Assembly (NCBI RefSeq): GCF_006345805.1
Contig: NC_042997.1
Location: 19,468,001-19,532,000, forward strand
Direction of reading: 5' to 3'
From: Octopus sinensis
Lineage: Eukaryota
Length of the DNA stretch: 64,000 nt
In this document: one piece after another, positions 62,456-64,000 of the stretch
Position numbering within the stretch: position 1 is the first letter of the stretch
How the letters are laid out: each line of letters opens with the position of its first letter
Translations under genes and position numbers: made by a program
The notes under the pieces: model-generated
Databases searched by the model: none
What the model saw: only the letters and a program-made list of their open reading frames with translations
Told to the model about the DNA's origin: nothing

Positions 62456-62679
62456 TGCATCCGCTTCTTCGGGGAATGATCTCCCTTTGCAGGATAGAGG
62501 ACACCGTGATGGTGTCAGCCTATCTGGTGACGTTGATGATCGCCTGGGGCTAAATGCATCAGTAACACCCCCACCGCCCTGCCCTGTCCCTAGCCACATT
62601 CAATGGCTAATGTCCCTTTTGTATATATATAGATGTACATGTAATATGTACACATATATATATACACATATATACATGC

Positions 62680-62719
62680 ACTAGCACTATGACCCGGCAA
62701 TGTCGGGTCATAATGCTAG

Positions 62720-62720
<1 letters not shown>
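62680..62720. other. 41-bp palindrome resembling two fused Helitron 3' ends
   Basis: ACTAGCACTATGACCCG-gcaatgt-CGGGTCATAATGCTAGT. Confidence 0.5.
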
Positions 62721-62794
<74 letters not shown>

Positions 62795-62880
62795 TATATA
62801 TATGTATATACATATATACATATGTATACATATATGTGTATGTATACATACATAAATATATATGCATATATATATATATA

Positions 62881-63124
62881 TCACGTGATCACATGACCGA
62901 CCAGACTATCAGATTTTGCTACACATCTCTGGTCACAATGCACTTCACATTGTTTTAGCCTTCAAATGACGCCACCCCACTGGGATCGCCAGCAGGGATT
63001 GCCACCACCCCCTGCCGAAGCCTCATGGAGCTATAGGTGTTTTCATTCAATAAACACTCACAACTCCCGGTCTGGAAATCGAACCGTGAGTCCGCTGCCC
63101 TAACCACTGGGCCATTGCACCTCG
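62881..63124 (-). mobile_element. SINE family 3-related
   Basis: Minus-strand head ggtgcaatggcccagtggttagggcagcggactc...ggttcgatttccagaccggg. Confidence 0.7.
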
Positions 63125-63136
63125 ACACACACACAC

Positions 63137-63169
<33 letters not shown>

Positions 63170-64000
63170 CACACACATATATATATATAGTGGCATCTTG
63201 TACAAAAGCTCCACAGTTATATTTGTGGTTATACTTTTCGTTTTTTTTTTCTTTTTAATTGTTGCAATCATTAGACTGTGGCCATGCTGGGACACCATCA
63301 TGAGAAATTTATAGTCGAATGTATCATCCCCCAAATTTCAACCAGTGCATGAAGTTAAGCCTAGATGGTTTCTCCACATGCTAAAAATAACAGCCAAATC
63401 TCTTGAAAATTTTTTATAACCCCCTGGTTATTCTTCGATATTTTTTATTTTCTAAAATTCTTTTTACTTGTCTCAGTCATTGGACTGCAGCCATGCTGGG
63501 GCACCACATTGAGGAATTTTTAGTTGAATTTATCAATGCCAGAATCTTTTTTAGGTGATTTTCAACCAGCACATGAAGTTAAGCCTAGAAGGTCTCTTCA
63601 CATGCTAGAAACAACAGCCAAATCTTTAAAAATAATTACTTGACCTTTCCTCCCTGCCTGTCTGTCTTCCTCTCTACCTGTCTCTCTCCCTCTCTTATTT
63701 TTCATCCTTTCTGGTTTCTTCTCCTCTCCTTTTCGGCGTTCCCTCTCTCTCTCTCAGTCCTCCTCCTCCCTCTCGTCGCTGACCAGAGGGCTACTAACTT
63801 TCTTTCTGACTACTGCCTTCAACAAGTCAACAATGGCTTCTCCTGTCTTTGTAAGCCATTTTCTCAATGCGTTCAAATGAATTTTTCCACCGTCTAGGCT
63901 TAAAAAGCCTTATCGTTTGTTTCTCCTTGTCCTGTCTTTTACTCTTTTTATTTTTATTTGTACTGCTTTTATCTTTATTTGTATTGCTTTTACTGTCCTG

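Larger units (their letters stand above)
61894..62619. mobile_element. Young HHR element: inverted unit plus head-to-tail units, 13-bp candidate TSD
   Basis: 61894-62239 is the near-identical reverse complement of the downstream unit. cattcaa(a)tggctaatgtcc recurs at 62241 and 62597 (period 356). TGTATATATATAG at 61881-61893 and 62620-62632. Confidence 0.85.

Overview
AT-rich, repeat-dense eukaryotic DNA with no long intact ORF. Most of the longer ORFs in the supplied track are translations of (TA)n/(CA)n/(TG)n microsatellites or SINEs. The SINE repertoire and microsatellite load resemble an octopod cephalopod genome (inference from recall, not searched). The window is mostly intronic or intergenic: several tRNA-derived SINE families, R4/Dong and CR1 LINE fragments, Penelope-like element (PLE) remnants, non-autonomous Helitrons, Tc1/mariner/pogo/piggyBac-type MITEs, and a few low-confidence host exons with no recognisable gene. 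The stand-out signal is roughly a dozen intact or degenerate type I hammerhead ribozyme (HHR) motifs, mostly inside fold-back (head-to-head) insertions. Three loci (3.3, 26.2 and 61.9 kb) belong to one non-coding HHR element family. Two of them show a 356-358 nt head-to-tail period, two have 13-14 bp candidate target-site duplications, and the family shares a 3' end and a covarying structured module downstream of the ribozyme. This fits a retrozyme/PLE-pLTR-like RNA element that may pass through a circular RNA. Ribozyme activity and novelty are untested.
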